Below are positions 48,706 to 57,265 of a DNA stretch of 64,000 nucleotides, in pieces. Source of the DNA: Bacteroidales bacterium. Lineage in GTDB: Bacteria; Bacteroidota; Bacteroidia; Bacteroidales; VadinHA17. The DNA lies in contig JALHSP010000160.1 of assembly GCA_022865305.1 (NCBI GenBank), positions 6,771-70,770 of the forward strand, in the 5' to 3' direction. Below the pieces are notes generated by a model that saw only the letters and a list, made by a program, of their open reading frames with translations, ran no database searches and had not been told where the DNA came from. The position numbers and the translations under genes are program-made. Position 1 is the first letter of the stretch. The number at the start of each line of letters is the position of its first letter.

Positions 48706-50325
48706 ATGAAAGTATCAGGTAATCTTGTTGATATACACAACAGATCTATATATCCTGCTGTGATAACTGTATCTGAAGGGAAGATTGAAAAGATTGAAAA
48801 AATTAATTATAGTGAAACAGGATTTATTATTCCGGGTTTGATTGACGCACATATACATATTGAAAGCTCAATGGTAACACCGGGCTCTTTCGCTATAGCA
48901 GCTGTTTCACGTGGAACAACTGGAGTGGTTTCAGATCCTCACGAAATAGCTAATATTGTTGGAATTGATGGTATTAATTATATGATTGAAGACGGGAAGA
49001 AAACTCCGTTTAAATTCTATTTCGGAGCCCCGTCTTGTGTACCGGCAACAGACTTTGAATCTGGGGGAGCTAAAATAGGAACAGAAGAAGTTGAGGATTT
49101 ATTGAAAAGGGATGAAATAAAGTATCTTGCTGAGATGATGAATTTCCCGGGTGTAATATATGGTAATAAAGATGTACTGGAAAAGATAGCAATAGCAAAA
49201 AAATTTGGCAAGCCGATAGACGGGCATGCACCAGGACTTACAGGTAATTCATTGAGAATATACGTTAATGCTGGGATAACAACAGATCACGAATGCAGCT
49301 CCATTGAAGAGGCCATTGAGAAGATATCCCTGGGGATGAAAATTATAATAAGAGAAGGTAGCGCAGGGAGAAACCTGGATGCACTTAAAGATCTTTTCAG
49401 GATGTATCCTGAAATGATCATGCTAAGCAGCGATGATATACATCCGGAAATGTTGGAAAAAAGACATTTGGATAAACTGGTTGCAAAGCTGATCAGCGAA
49501 GGTTATGATTTATTTAATGTAATCAGGAGTGTTACTATAAATCCAGTCTCGCACTATAATTTAGATTCCGGATTGTTGCGGCAGGGAGATAGTGCTGATT
49601 TTGTCCTGGTGGATGATCTTAAGAAGATGAACGTACAGGAGACATGGATCAGCGGTGAAAAGGTATTTGACAGGGGCAGTGTATTATTTGAATATAAGCC
49701 CGGCCCTGCAATAAATAAATTTAATTGTTCCCGGATTATCAAAGAGGAACTGACAATAAAAAACTCCGGGAATGAGATCAGGGTGATAGCAGCATTTGAT
49801 GGTGATCTGTTCACAAAAGAGATAACTCAGGAAACCGGACGACAAAAAACCGTTGAGTCCGATGTAAAGGAAGACATATTAAAAATAGTTGTAAAAGACA
49901 GGTATAAGGATGCACAACCTGCTGTTGCTTTTATTAAAGGGTTCGGTCTTACGAGAGGAGCTTTTGCCAGTTCTGTAGCTCATGACAGTCATAATATAAT
50001 TTGCGTTGGAACTTCAGATGATGAAATTGTAAATGCAGTAAATGAAGTGGTTAAGATGAAAGGAGGCCTGGCAGTTTCTGAAGGAAACTTAATTAAGTCT
50101 ATGCAATTAAACATTGGAGGAATAATGTCGGATCAGCCGGTACACGAAATAGCTGATAAATATGAATCACTATCTGAACTTGTAAAGAATATGGGCTGCA
50201 GGATGTCAGCGCCTTTCATGACTTTGTCGTTTATGGCATTACTGGTAATTCCTGAACTCAAGCTCAGTGATCGTGGCTTATTTGACGGAAAGAAATTCTG
50301 TCATGTACCTTTGTTTGTGGAATAA
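48706..50325 (+). CDS. ade: Adenine deaminase
   Basis: GLIDAHIHIESSM metal-binding motif and DPHEIANI; 539 aa. Confidence 0.9.
   Translation: MKVSGNLVDIHNRSIYPAVITVSEGKIEKIEKINYSETGFIIPGLIDAHIHIESSMVTPGSFAIAAVSRGTTGVVSDPHEIANIVGIDGINYMIEDGKKTPFKFYFGAPSCVPATDFESGGAKIGTEEVEDLLKRDEIKYLAEMMNFPGVIYGNKDVLEKIAIAKKFGKPIDGHAPGLTGNSLRIYVNAGITTDHECSSIEEAIEKISLGMKIIIREGSAGRNLDALKDLFRMYPEMIMLSSDDIHPEMLEKRHLDKLVAKLISEGYDLFNVIRSVTINPVSHYNLDSGLLRQGDSADFVLVDDLKKMNVQETWISGEKVFDRGSVLFEYKPGPAINKFNCSRIIKEELTIKNSGNEIRVIAAFDGDLFTKEITQETGRQKTVESDVKEDILKIVVKDRYKDAQPAVAFIKGFGLTRGAFASSVAHDSHNIICVGTSDDEIVNAVNEVVKMKGGLAVSEGNLIKSMQLNIGGIMSDQPVHEIADKYESLSELVKNMGCRMSAPFMTLSFMALLVIPELKLSDRGLFDGKKFCHVPLFVE
48903..48918. repeat. 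Palindrome copy 2, TGTTTCACGTGGAACA (15/16 identical to copy 1), inside the ade coding sequence
   Basis: Read directly; it encodes VSRGT. It lies about 200 nt downstream of the ade ATG. Confidence 0.55.
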
Positions 50326-50502
50326 AATTCTGTAAGCCACTGTGTGGCATCCAATAATAGACAAAACACCCACCAGCCACTACGTAGTATTCCCCCTGAA
50401 GAGGGAAAATTATGCTGCTATTTATCAGCAGTACAATTAATTAACGGATTTATTTCCCCATTAAAGTAGAACTCAGGGAGATATTTTCTTAGAATCAATT
50501 AT

Positions 50503-50510
50503 TATCTTTG
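50503..50510 (+). promoter_or_regulatory. -7 box TATCTTTG ending 4 nt before the uvrC ATG
   Basis: Exact TAnnTTTG at 50503-50510; ATG at 50515. Confidence 0.3.
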
Positions 50511-50514
50511 AATA

Positions 50515-52302
50515 ATGGATGACAGATTTCAACATATTGTTTCAATACTTCCTGATAAACCCGGAGTATATCAGTTTATAGATAGCTATGGGAACATTAT
50601 TTATGTCGGAAAGGCTAAAAATCTCAGGAAAAGAGTATCATCATACTTCGTGAAGAACCAGTCGGGCAAAACAACCGTAATGCTTAAAAGGGCTGCAGAT
50701 TTAAAACACATTGTGGTCGATAATGAATCAGATGCACTATTACTGGAGAATAACCTTATTAAAAGGCATCAACCCAGGTATAATATACTATTAAAAGATG
50801 ATAAAACATTCCCATGGATCTGTATTAAGAAAGAATCTTTTCCCAGAGTGTTCAGTACACGTAATACAATTAAGGATGGATCAAATTATTATGGGCCGTA
50901 TACGTCAGGACTAATGGTAAAAATACTTCTTGATCTTATCAGGCAGCTGTACAAACCAAGATCATGCACACTGAATCTGACTGTGGAAAACATCAGTTCC
51001 GGTAAATTTAAGGCTTGTCTGGAGTATCATATCGGTAACTGCAGGGCTCCTTGTATCGGACTCCAGAGCGAACAGGACTATATTGAAAATATACAGCAGA
51101 TTAAAGATATTCTTAAAGGGAATATTTCAACTGTAATTGACCATCTGAAGCAGTTGATGATAAATTATTCGAAGAATCTTAGATTTGAAGAGGCTCAGGC
51201 AATTAAAGACAAAATAGAAATTCTGTCAAGATTCCGGAGTCGTTCATCTGTTGTAAGTGCAACAATTAAAAATGTTGATGTCTTTGCAATGAGTCAGGAT
51301 ATTGACAGAACGTATATTAATTATCTAAAAGTTGTTGATGGTGCTGTAATACAAGCATTTACGCTTGATCTTAAAAGCAGGGTTGAAGAAGATAAAGAGT
51401 CGCTCCTGGGATTTGCAATTACTGAGATAAGACAAAGATTATCAAGTGATTCTCCGGAAATCATTCTTCCTTTTAAGCCCGATATAATGTTTGGTAATTT
51501 GAAATATACCATACCAAAAAAGGGCGAAAAGTTAAAGCTCCTTGAGCTGGCAGAACGGAATGCTGTCTATTATAAGCTGGAACAGAGAAAGAAACAAGAA
51601 GAACAACCACCGAAAGACAGGACAGGGAAAAATCTCGAGAAGCTGAAATCTGACCTTCACATGGCAGAGTTACCGCAGCATATAGAATGTTTCGATAACT
51701 CAAATATTATGGGCGATAATCCGGTTGCTGCATGCGTTGTATTTAAAAACGGCAAACCCAGCAGAAAAGATTATCGTCATTTTAATATAAAATCAGTAAA
51801 AGGTCCTGATGATTTCTCTTCAATGGAAGAAATTGTGTTCAGACGGTATAAAAGAGTGCTGGAAGAAAAACAAAGTCTTCCACAGCTGGTGATAATAGAT
51901 GGCGGCAAAGGTCAGCTATCTTCATCTGTTAAGAGTCTTAAAAAGCTTGATTTACTTGAAAGAATTACTATTATCGGTATTGCTAAAAAACTCGAAGAAA
52001 TTTTCTTCCCTGGAGACACAGTTCCGCTTTATCTCGATAAAAATTCAGTAAGTCTGAAAATCATCCAGCAATTAAGAAATGAAGCTCACCGTTTCGGAAT
52101 TAATTTTCATCGGAATAAACGTTCATCTGAAATGACAAAATCAGATTTGGATATGATAAAAGGAATCGGACCAAAAACAAAAGAAACTTTATTAAGAAAA
52201 ATAGGATCTCCTGAGAAAATAAAAAAGATACCCGTTGAAGAACTTATAAAGATAATAGGAAAACAAAAAGCCTACATTTTAACGAATTACTTTAAAAAAT
52301 AG
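50515..52302 (+). CDS. uvrC: Excinuclease ABC subunit C
   Basis: GIY-YIG N-terminus (GVYQF..IIYVGKAKNLRKR), UvrBC domain and C-terminal HhH; 595 aa. Confidence 0.95.
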   Translation: MDDRFQHIVSILPDKPGVYQFIDSYGNIIYVGKAKNLRKRVSSYFVKNQSGKTTVMLKRAADLKHIVVDNESDALLLENNLIKRHQPRYNILLKDDKTFPWICIKKESFPRVFSTRNTIKDGSNYYGPYTSGLMVKILLDLIRQLYKPRSCTLNLTVENISSGKFKACLEYHIGNCRAPCIGLQSEQDYIENIQQIKDILKGNISTVIDHLKQLMINYSKNLRFEEAQAIKDKIEILSRFRSRSSVVSATIKNVDVFAMSQDIDRTYINYLKVVDGAVIQAFTLDLKSRVEEDKESLLGFAITEIRQRLSSDSPEIILPFKPDIMFGNLKYTIPKKGEKLKLLELAERNAVYYKLEQRKKQEEQPPKDRTGKNLEKLKSDLHMAELPQHIECFDNSNIMGDNPVAACVVFKNGKPSRKDYRHFNIKSVKGPDDFSSMEEIVFRRYKRVLEEKQSLPQLVIIDGGKGQLSSSVKSLKKLDLLERITIIGIAKKLEEIFFPGDTVPLYLDKNSVSLKIIQQLRNEAHRFGINFHRNKRSSEMTKSDLDMIKGIGPKTKETLLRKIGSPEKIKKIPVEELIKIIGKQKAYILTNYFKK

Positions 52303-52307
52303 TTCTG

Positions 52308-52326
52308 GTTTCCACGTGGAACATTA
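52308..52326. repeat. Palindrome copy 3, GTTTCCACGTGGAACATTA
   Basis: Shares the 17-mer TTCCACGTGGAACATTA with copy 1. Starts 6 nt after the uvrC stop, in a convergent intergenic region. Confidence 0.55.
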
Positions 52327-52556
52327 ATGAACGGATATAATATTAAGTAATTAAAAAACAGAAAGATAAAGCTAATTATCTGATCTGTTAACTCAGCGAG
52401 AATTTAATATTTGCAGATAGCCGGACAGATATAGGGGAATTCATTATCCTGAACAAGGCTTATTTCGAGCGGATCGAACTTTTATTCTAATTTATATAAC
52501 TTCCATCCTGATTTTAGAACGCGAAGGAATAACCTCACGCTTCAAGGAACGGTTTG

Positions 52557-53174
52557 TTATTTCAAACCAGTGCTGAACTTAAGTTCCTTTTCAAGCATCT
52601 CTGAAATATCGGGGTTTCCGTTAGTGGTGAGACCTTTAATTCCGGCAGATTCTGCAGCCATAACATTTGTTTCGATGTCATCAACGTAAAAACATTCACC
52701 GGGTTTCATGGAATACTTTTTCAGCAGATACTTGAAAATTCTGATATCAGGTTTTGACAGTTTAACTTCTGATGAAATAATTCCTCCGTCGAAATATTTG
52801 AAAAAATAATATCCGTCTTTAATCTCATCAAAAATATCCAGAGGGAAGTTGGAAAGATAAAATAGCCTGAAACCCTGTTTTTTTAACCCAGGAAGAAGTC
52901 TGACATTATCATCGAGGGGAAACATGATATCGGTGCGAAAACTGAAAACAAGGGCTATTTCCTCTCGTTTAAGGGAGGATTTCATGGATATGGCATCAAT
53001 TGCCTCACGTGTTGTGATATCACCGTTATCAAGCATCCTCCATTCAGTACTGCCAAAAACATCGGTAAGAATAGTATTTCTGATATTTTCAGGATAGTTT
53101 TTCTTCACAAGGTATTCAGGAGGCCTGAAGCTGATCAGGACATTTCCGAGGTCAAATACAATATTCTTAATCAT
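52557..53174 (-). CDS. HAD-superfamily hydrolase
   Basis: DLGNVL (motif I variant), SN and DD motifs in the HAD-IA layout. Confidence 0.8.
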   Translation of the reverse strand: MIKNIVFDLGNVLISFRPPEYLVKKNYPENIRNTILTDVFGSTEWRMLDNGDITTREAIDAISMKSSLKREEIALVFSFRTDIMFPLDDNVRLLPGLKKQGFRLFYLSNFPLDIFDEIKDGYYFFKYFDGGIISSEVKLSKPDIRIFKYLLKKYSMKPGECFYVDDIETNVMAAESAGIKGLTTNGNPDISEMLEKELKFSTGLK

Positions 53175-53175
53175 A

Positions 53176-54501
53176 TTATGGATTCTTCATGCTTATTGGT
53201 TGTCCTGTTGCTTCAAGCACATTCCACCATAATTCGCCTTCAACATCAATCTTTTTCCGTTTTGCAACTGCCATTGAAATTGGAAGAAGAGTAAATTCAT
53301 TATTCCAGTAACCCATAACAAAATCAGTTTTGCCTGCCACTGCTGCATGCACTGCGTTTTGTGCAAGCAGATTGCAGAACTTACTATCATTGGCATTTGC
53401 CGGTGCACTTCGGATGATGTAACTTGGATCTATATATTTGATAGAGAATGGAAATCCTTTTGAACTAAATTCTTCCTTGATCTTTTCCTTAAGGTACACA
53501 CCGATATCTTTATGCTTTACATTACCCGAAGCATCCTTCTCTAAATCTTCTACTTCAAAGAGATCCTGTCCGGCTCCTTCTGCTACCACGACAACGGCAT
53601 GATGTCTTTCTTCAAGACGTTTACGGAGGATTTTAAGGAATCCCCGGGCTCCATAAAGATCAAAAGAAATCTCAGGTATAAGAACAAAATTTACTTCCTG
53701 AATTGCCATAGCTGCGCTGGCGGCAATAAATCCCGAATCACGTCCCATCAGCTTTACAAGGGCAACACCATTATTTGCTCCGGAAGCTTCATTATGGGCA
53801 TTTCTTATAATATCGTTTGCAATAGAAAAAGCAGTTTCAAAGCCAAATGATTTCTGAATCAAATCAATGTCATTATCAATAGTTTTCGGGATCCCGGCAA
53901 CAACGATTCTTAATTTGCGTTTATTGATTTCCTGCCAAATGGCATGTGCGCCACGCAATGTACCATCGCCACCGATGCAAAACAGAATATTAATATTCAG
54001 AATTTCAAGAGTGTCAACCATTTTTTCTACATCCTGATTACCTCTTGAAGTACCTAAAAAAGTTCCGCCGGAAAGATGAATATCACTAACCATAGGTACT
54101 GTGAGCTCAATAACCGGATGATTATACTTTGATATAAATCCTTCATAGCCATATCTAATCCCAAGAATACGGCTTATTCCATACCTGTAAAAAAGCTGAT
54201 TAACAAGACTTCGGATAACATTATTAACACCGGGGCATAAACCTCCACAGGTCACAATCCCTACTTTTGTTTTCGCCGGTTCAAAAAAAATCATTTCTTT
54301 TGGACCTGCTTTCTCAAATGACACAGGAACCTCCCCGGTCTCTTTGCACTTATTAAAATAATCAATCGAAACATCATAAAGAATCCTTTCGGAATCATCA
54401 ACAAATTTGTATACCGGACTATCAGCTCGCTGAGTATTTTTTAAAGGGGAAATAACATTCCCTGTTCCTAATGTCGAGACAAGAAAATCCTCGTACTTCA
54501 T
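53176..54501 (-). CDS. ATP-dependent 6-phosphofructokinase (long PFK-family form)
   Basis: TCGGLCPGVNNVIR, GGDGT, PKTIDNDI and MGRDSGFIA motifs. GGDGT rather than GGDD suggests ATP dependence. Confidence 0.85.
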   Translation of the reverse strand: MKYEDFLVSTLGTGNVISPLKNTQRADSPVYKFVDDSERILYDVSIDYFNKCKETGEVPVSFEKAGPKEMIFFEPAKTKVGIVTCGGLCPGVNNVIRSLVNQLFYRYGISRILGIRYGYEGFISKYNHPVIELTVPMVSDIHLSGGTFLGTSRGNQDVEKMVDTLEILNINILFCIGGDGTLRGAHAIWQEINKRKLRIVVAGIPKTIDNDIDLIQKSFGFETAFSIANDIIRNAHNEASGANNGVALVKLMGRDSGFIAASAAMAIQEVNFVLIPEISFDLYGARGFLKILRKRLEERHHAVVVVAEGAGQDLFEVEDLEKDASGNVKHKDIGVYLKEKIKEEFSSKGFPFSIKYIDPSYIIRSAPANANDSKFCNLLAQNAVHAAVAGKTDFVMGYWNNEFTLLPISMAVAKRKKIDVEGELWWNVLEATGQPISMKNP

Positions 54502-54608
54502 TATCTGCGGATTTTAATTTAAACTAAGCTCTGATAGGGAATAACTCCTCACACAATTCAAATTTAATAAAAAAATGTTGAGTTCTGTGGCTTTTGGGAA
54601 TCAGAAAA

Positions 54609-54806
54609 TCAGATTATATGCTTGATTCTTCCGACAAGTCCGTTTTCGAGCTTAACCTTAATTCCGTGGGGATGGATTGGTGCTGTTGTTATTACTTCTT
54701 TTACTTTTCCGCCGGTAAGCCTTCCTGAGCGTTTATCCTCAATTAATTCAACCATTACAGCAATACCTGGTTTTACATCTGCTCTGCGAGTTCCTTCCAT
54801 AAACAA
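54609..54806 (-). CDS. YwbE family small protein
   Basis: RSGRLTGGKVKEVITTAPIHPHGIKVKLENGLVGRI matches the YwbE/DUF2196 pattern. The antisense ORF 54622..54810 was rejected. Confidence 0.7.
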   Translation of the reverse strand: MFMEGTRRADVKPGIAVMVELIEDKRSGRLTGGKVKEVITTAPIHPHGIKVKLENGLVGRIKHII

Positions 54807-54922
54807 TTAAATAAATTGTAATCTGTTTGTTCGAATTAATACCAGGATACAATAATAAATAAATTTATTTCAGAAAAGACAAAAAATTACATAGGTTTTG
54901 ACAAGTGGAGACAAATAGGAGA

Positions 54923-55822
54923 TTAATAGACTCCTTTTATCCGTGTCCGGATTCTGTAAAGACCTTTGCTTGCTGTAATGAATAGGCTTTTCCTGTTTTT
55001 GCCGCCAAAACAGACATTGGCAGTCCAGTTTTCAGGTACCGCAATATTTCCAATCTGTTTGCCGGTTTTGTCAAAGATTGTCACGCCCTTGCCTGTAATA
55101 TAAATATTCCCTTTTTTATCAATTGTCATTCCATCAGATCCCATCTCACAGAAAAGTTTTTTATTACCAAGACTACCGTCTGTGTTTATTGAGTAGGACC
55201 ACGTCTTTCTATTGCCGATATCTGCCACATACAGAGTCTTACCGTCTGAAGAACCAACTATTCCGTTGGGCTGTACCAGATCTTCAGCAACACGATTAAG
55301 AGTTTTGTGATCAGGACCAAGGTAATAAACACACTGCTTGTTCTGCGGCATGGCAGAATGGTCCCACCAGGATCTCCTGTAGAACGGATCGGTAAAATAG
55401 ATGCCTCCGTCGGGAGAAATCCACAGATCATTCGGACCGTTTAAAAGCTTGTCATTAAACTTATCCAGGATTACCTCCACATTTTTGTCAGGACTTATAC
55501 GCCACAATTCATTTTTTTCATCAGCACAGGACCACAGATTGCCCTGTTTGTCAAAAAATAAACCATTTGATCGGCCAGATGGCTGCATAAAAGTTAATAA
55601 TTCTCCTTTTGTGCTCCAGATCATAATCCGGTCATTGGGCTGGTCGGTAAAATAGACATTGCCATGAGCATCTGCAGCAGGACCTTCAGTAAAATTGAAA
55701 TCACCCGAAAGCTTTTCAAGCTTTGTACCGGGTTTAATTATAAGTGTTAAGTCCTTCTGTTGAGAAAAAAGCATTTCGCTTAAAAGTAGCAGTAAAGTAG
55801 AAATTGTGCTTATTATTTTCAT
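54923..55822 (-). CDS. Secreted SMP-30/gluconolactonase/LRE-family beta-propeller
   Basis: Sec signal peptide; EGPA, NDL and PNGI blade motifs. Confidence 0.8.
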   Translation of the reverse strand: MKIISTISTLLLLLSEMLFSQQKDLTLIIKPGTKLEKLSGDFNFTEGPAADAHGNVYFTDQPNDRIMIWSTKGELLTFMQPSGRSNGLFFDKQGNLWSCADEKNELWRISPDKNVEVILDKFNDKLLNGPNDLWISPDGGIYFTDPFYRRSWWDHSAMPQNKQCVYYLGPDHKTLNRVAEDLVQPNGIVGSSDGKTLYVADIGNRKTWSYSINTDGSLGNKKLFCEMGSDGMTIDKKGNIYITGKGVTIFDKTGKQIGNIAVPENWTANVCFGGKNRKSLFITASKGLYRIRTRIKGVY

Positions 55823-55837
55823 ATTGTATCTGTTTAA

Positions 55838-56758
55838 TCATCCTGATATTTCCTTGGTCACATTCTTTATTCTGCTTATGTAATTATCAATCTGTTCGGG
55901 CAGTTCAAATCCGATTATTAACATATCAACGGTTCCCAGGCCCAGGACATATTTAAGTGAAGTGTCTATCTTTTCTGTATCATTTTTAAGTCTGCCGCCA
56001 CCGATCAGTTTCATGCCTATCACACCTTTTCCGGCTTTATGGAATTTTTCAATAACGGGTACCACAAGAGCGGGATCCCGCTGATCCATTGCTTCTCCGA
56101 AAGGATTAATCCGGACATGGATAACATCGACCCATGGATTTTCGGATGCGACTTTAAGCGCATCAAAGGAGTGAACAGATACCCCATGTGCACGAATTAT
56201 CTTTTTTGCTTTCAGGTTTTCGAGCCCGTCCATTATTCTTTTCTGCTGATCTGGCCAGTCACCTGTGGTCATGCAGTGCAATTGAACCAGGTCGATATAA
56301 TCAGTGTTAAGCTCCTTCCTGAAACGGTCAATAACTATTTCAGCATCAGGTCGCTCATTCTCGGGGATTCCTCCCTCTGTTACCCACATTTTAGTTCCCA
56401 GGGTATAATCTTCCCTTGGAATTCCTTTAAGTGCCGCAGCAGTAAAAGGATGAGTTCCGTAACTGTCAGCGCAGTCAAAATAACGTATTCCTTTTTCATA
56501 GGCCTGGCGGATAACAGATTCTGCAACACCGGCCCTTGTGATATTTGATGAGCGCATATAACCGCTGAAACCGGTTCCCATGCCAAGAAGGGTGGTTTTT
56601 ATTCCGGTTTTTCCAAGAGTTATTTTCTGGAAGGGATCGGTATATTTTTGTCTTGTTTCAGAGGGAAATGCATTAATTGCACTTCCAAAAAGCACAGTTC
56701 CGGCTCCTGCGGAAATGGCAGCCATAAATTGTCTGCGAGAAAGATTCTTTTTTCCCAT
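55838..56758 (-). CDS. Aldo/keto reductase with a twin-arginine (Tat) signal peptide
   Basis: The N-terminus carries SRRQFMAAISAGAG. The AKR core has FDCADSYG and LVQLH. Confidence 0.85.
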   Translation of the reverse strand: MGKKNLSRRQFMAAISAGAGTVLFGSAINAFPSETRQKYTDPFQKITLGKTGIKTTLLGMGTGFSGYMRSSNITRAGVAESVIRQAYEKGIRYFDCADSYGTHPFTAAALKGIPREDYTLGTKMWVTEGGIPENERPDAEIVIDRFRKELNTDYIDLVQLHCMTTGDWPDQQKRIMDGLENLKAKKIIRAHGVSVHSFDALKVASENPWVDVIHVRINPFGEAMDQRDPALVVPVIEKFHKAGKGVIGMKLIGGGRLKNDTEKIDTSLKYVLGLGTVDMLIIGFELPEQIDNYISRIKNVTKEISG

Positions 56759-56828
56759 TATTATTATGAATTAACTATTTTTACTTAAACAAATTAAAGA
56801 ATTTTTCTGTTCAATTTTAAATATTGAA

Positions 56829-57236
56829 TCACTCTAATCCCAACTTTGCAATAATTTCACCAGGAGATACTGGCCTTCCATTTTTAGTGGCTACCCCGGT
56901 AATTTCTGCATGAACAATCAGCTTTTCATCGGGCTGCTTGAAAATATCCTGAACGAAAACAAGCCTCACGTTGCCCTCCCTGCGAAGATAGATCCGAACA
57001 AAAAATTTATCCCGGCTTCGCAGGGGGTATTTATAATCGATTTCAACTCTTGTTACTATAAGATCCGTTCCCTCTTCATGGAGCTGAGTAAAGCTTATTC
57101 CCTTTGAATTAAGAAACTCATGTCTTGCATGTTCAAGGTAGTGCTGGTAGTTTGCATTATTTACGACACCCTGAATGTCGCATTCATAATCTCTTACCGT
57201 GAATTCAACACTGTAAATATAACCTGTTTCTGTCAT
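56829..57236 (-). CDS. Acyl-CoA thioesterase, 4HBT/YbgC-like hotdog fold
   Basis: VRDYECDIQGVVNNANY, as in YbgC-type thioesterases; 135 aa. Confidence 0.8.
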   Translation of the reverse strand: MTETGYIYSVEFTVRDYECDIQGVVNNANYQHYLEHARHEFLNSKGISFTQLHEEGTDLIVTRVEIDYKYPLRSRDKFFVRIYLRREGNVRLVFVQDIFKQPDEKLIVHAEITGVATKNGRPVSPGEIIAKLGLE

Positions 57237-57265
57237 GATGAGGGTTACGGAAAATATGAGTTATT

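Noticed and set aside
48706-50325. The adenine deaminase as a RADAR-like defence deaminase.
   Set aside because: It has canonical metal-dependent Ade motifs and length, no adjacent large ATPase, and a housekeeping context (mnmG, uvrC).
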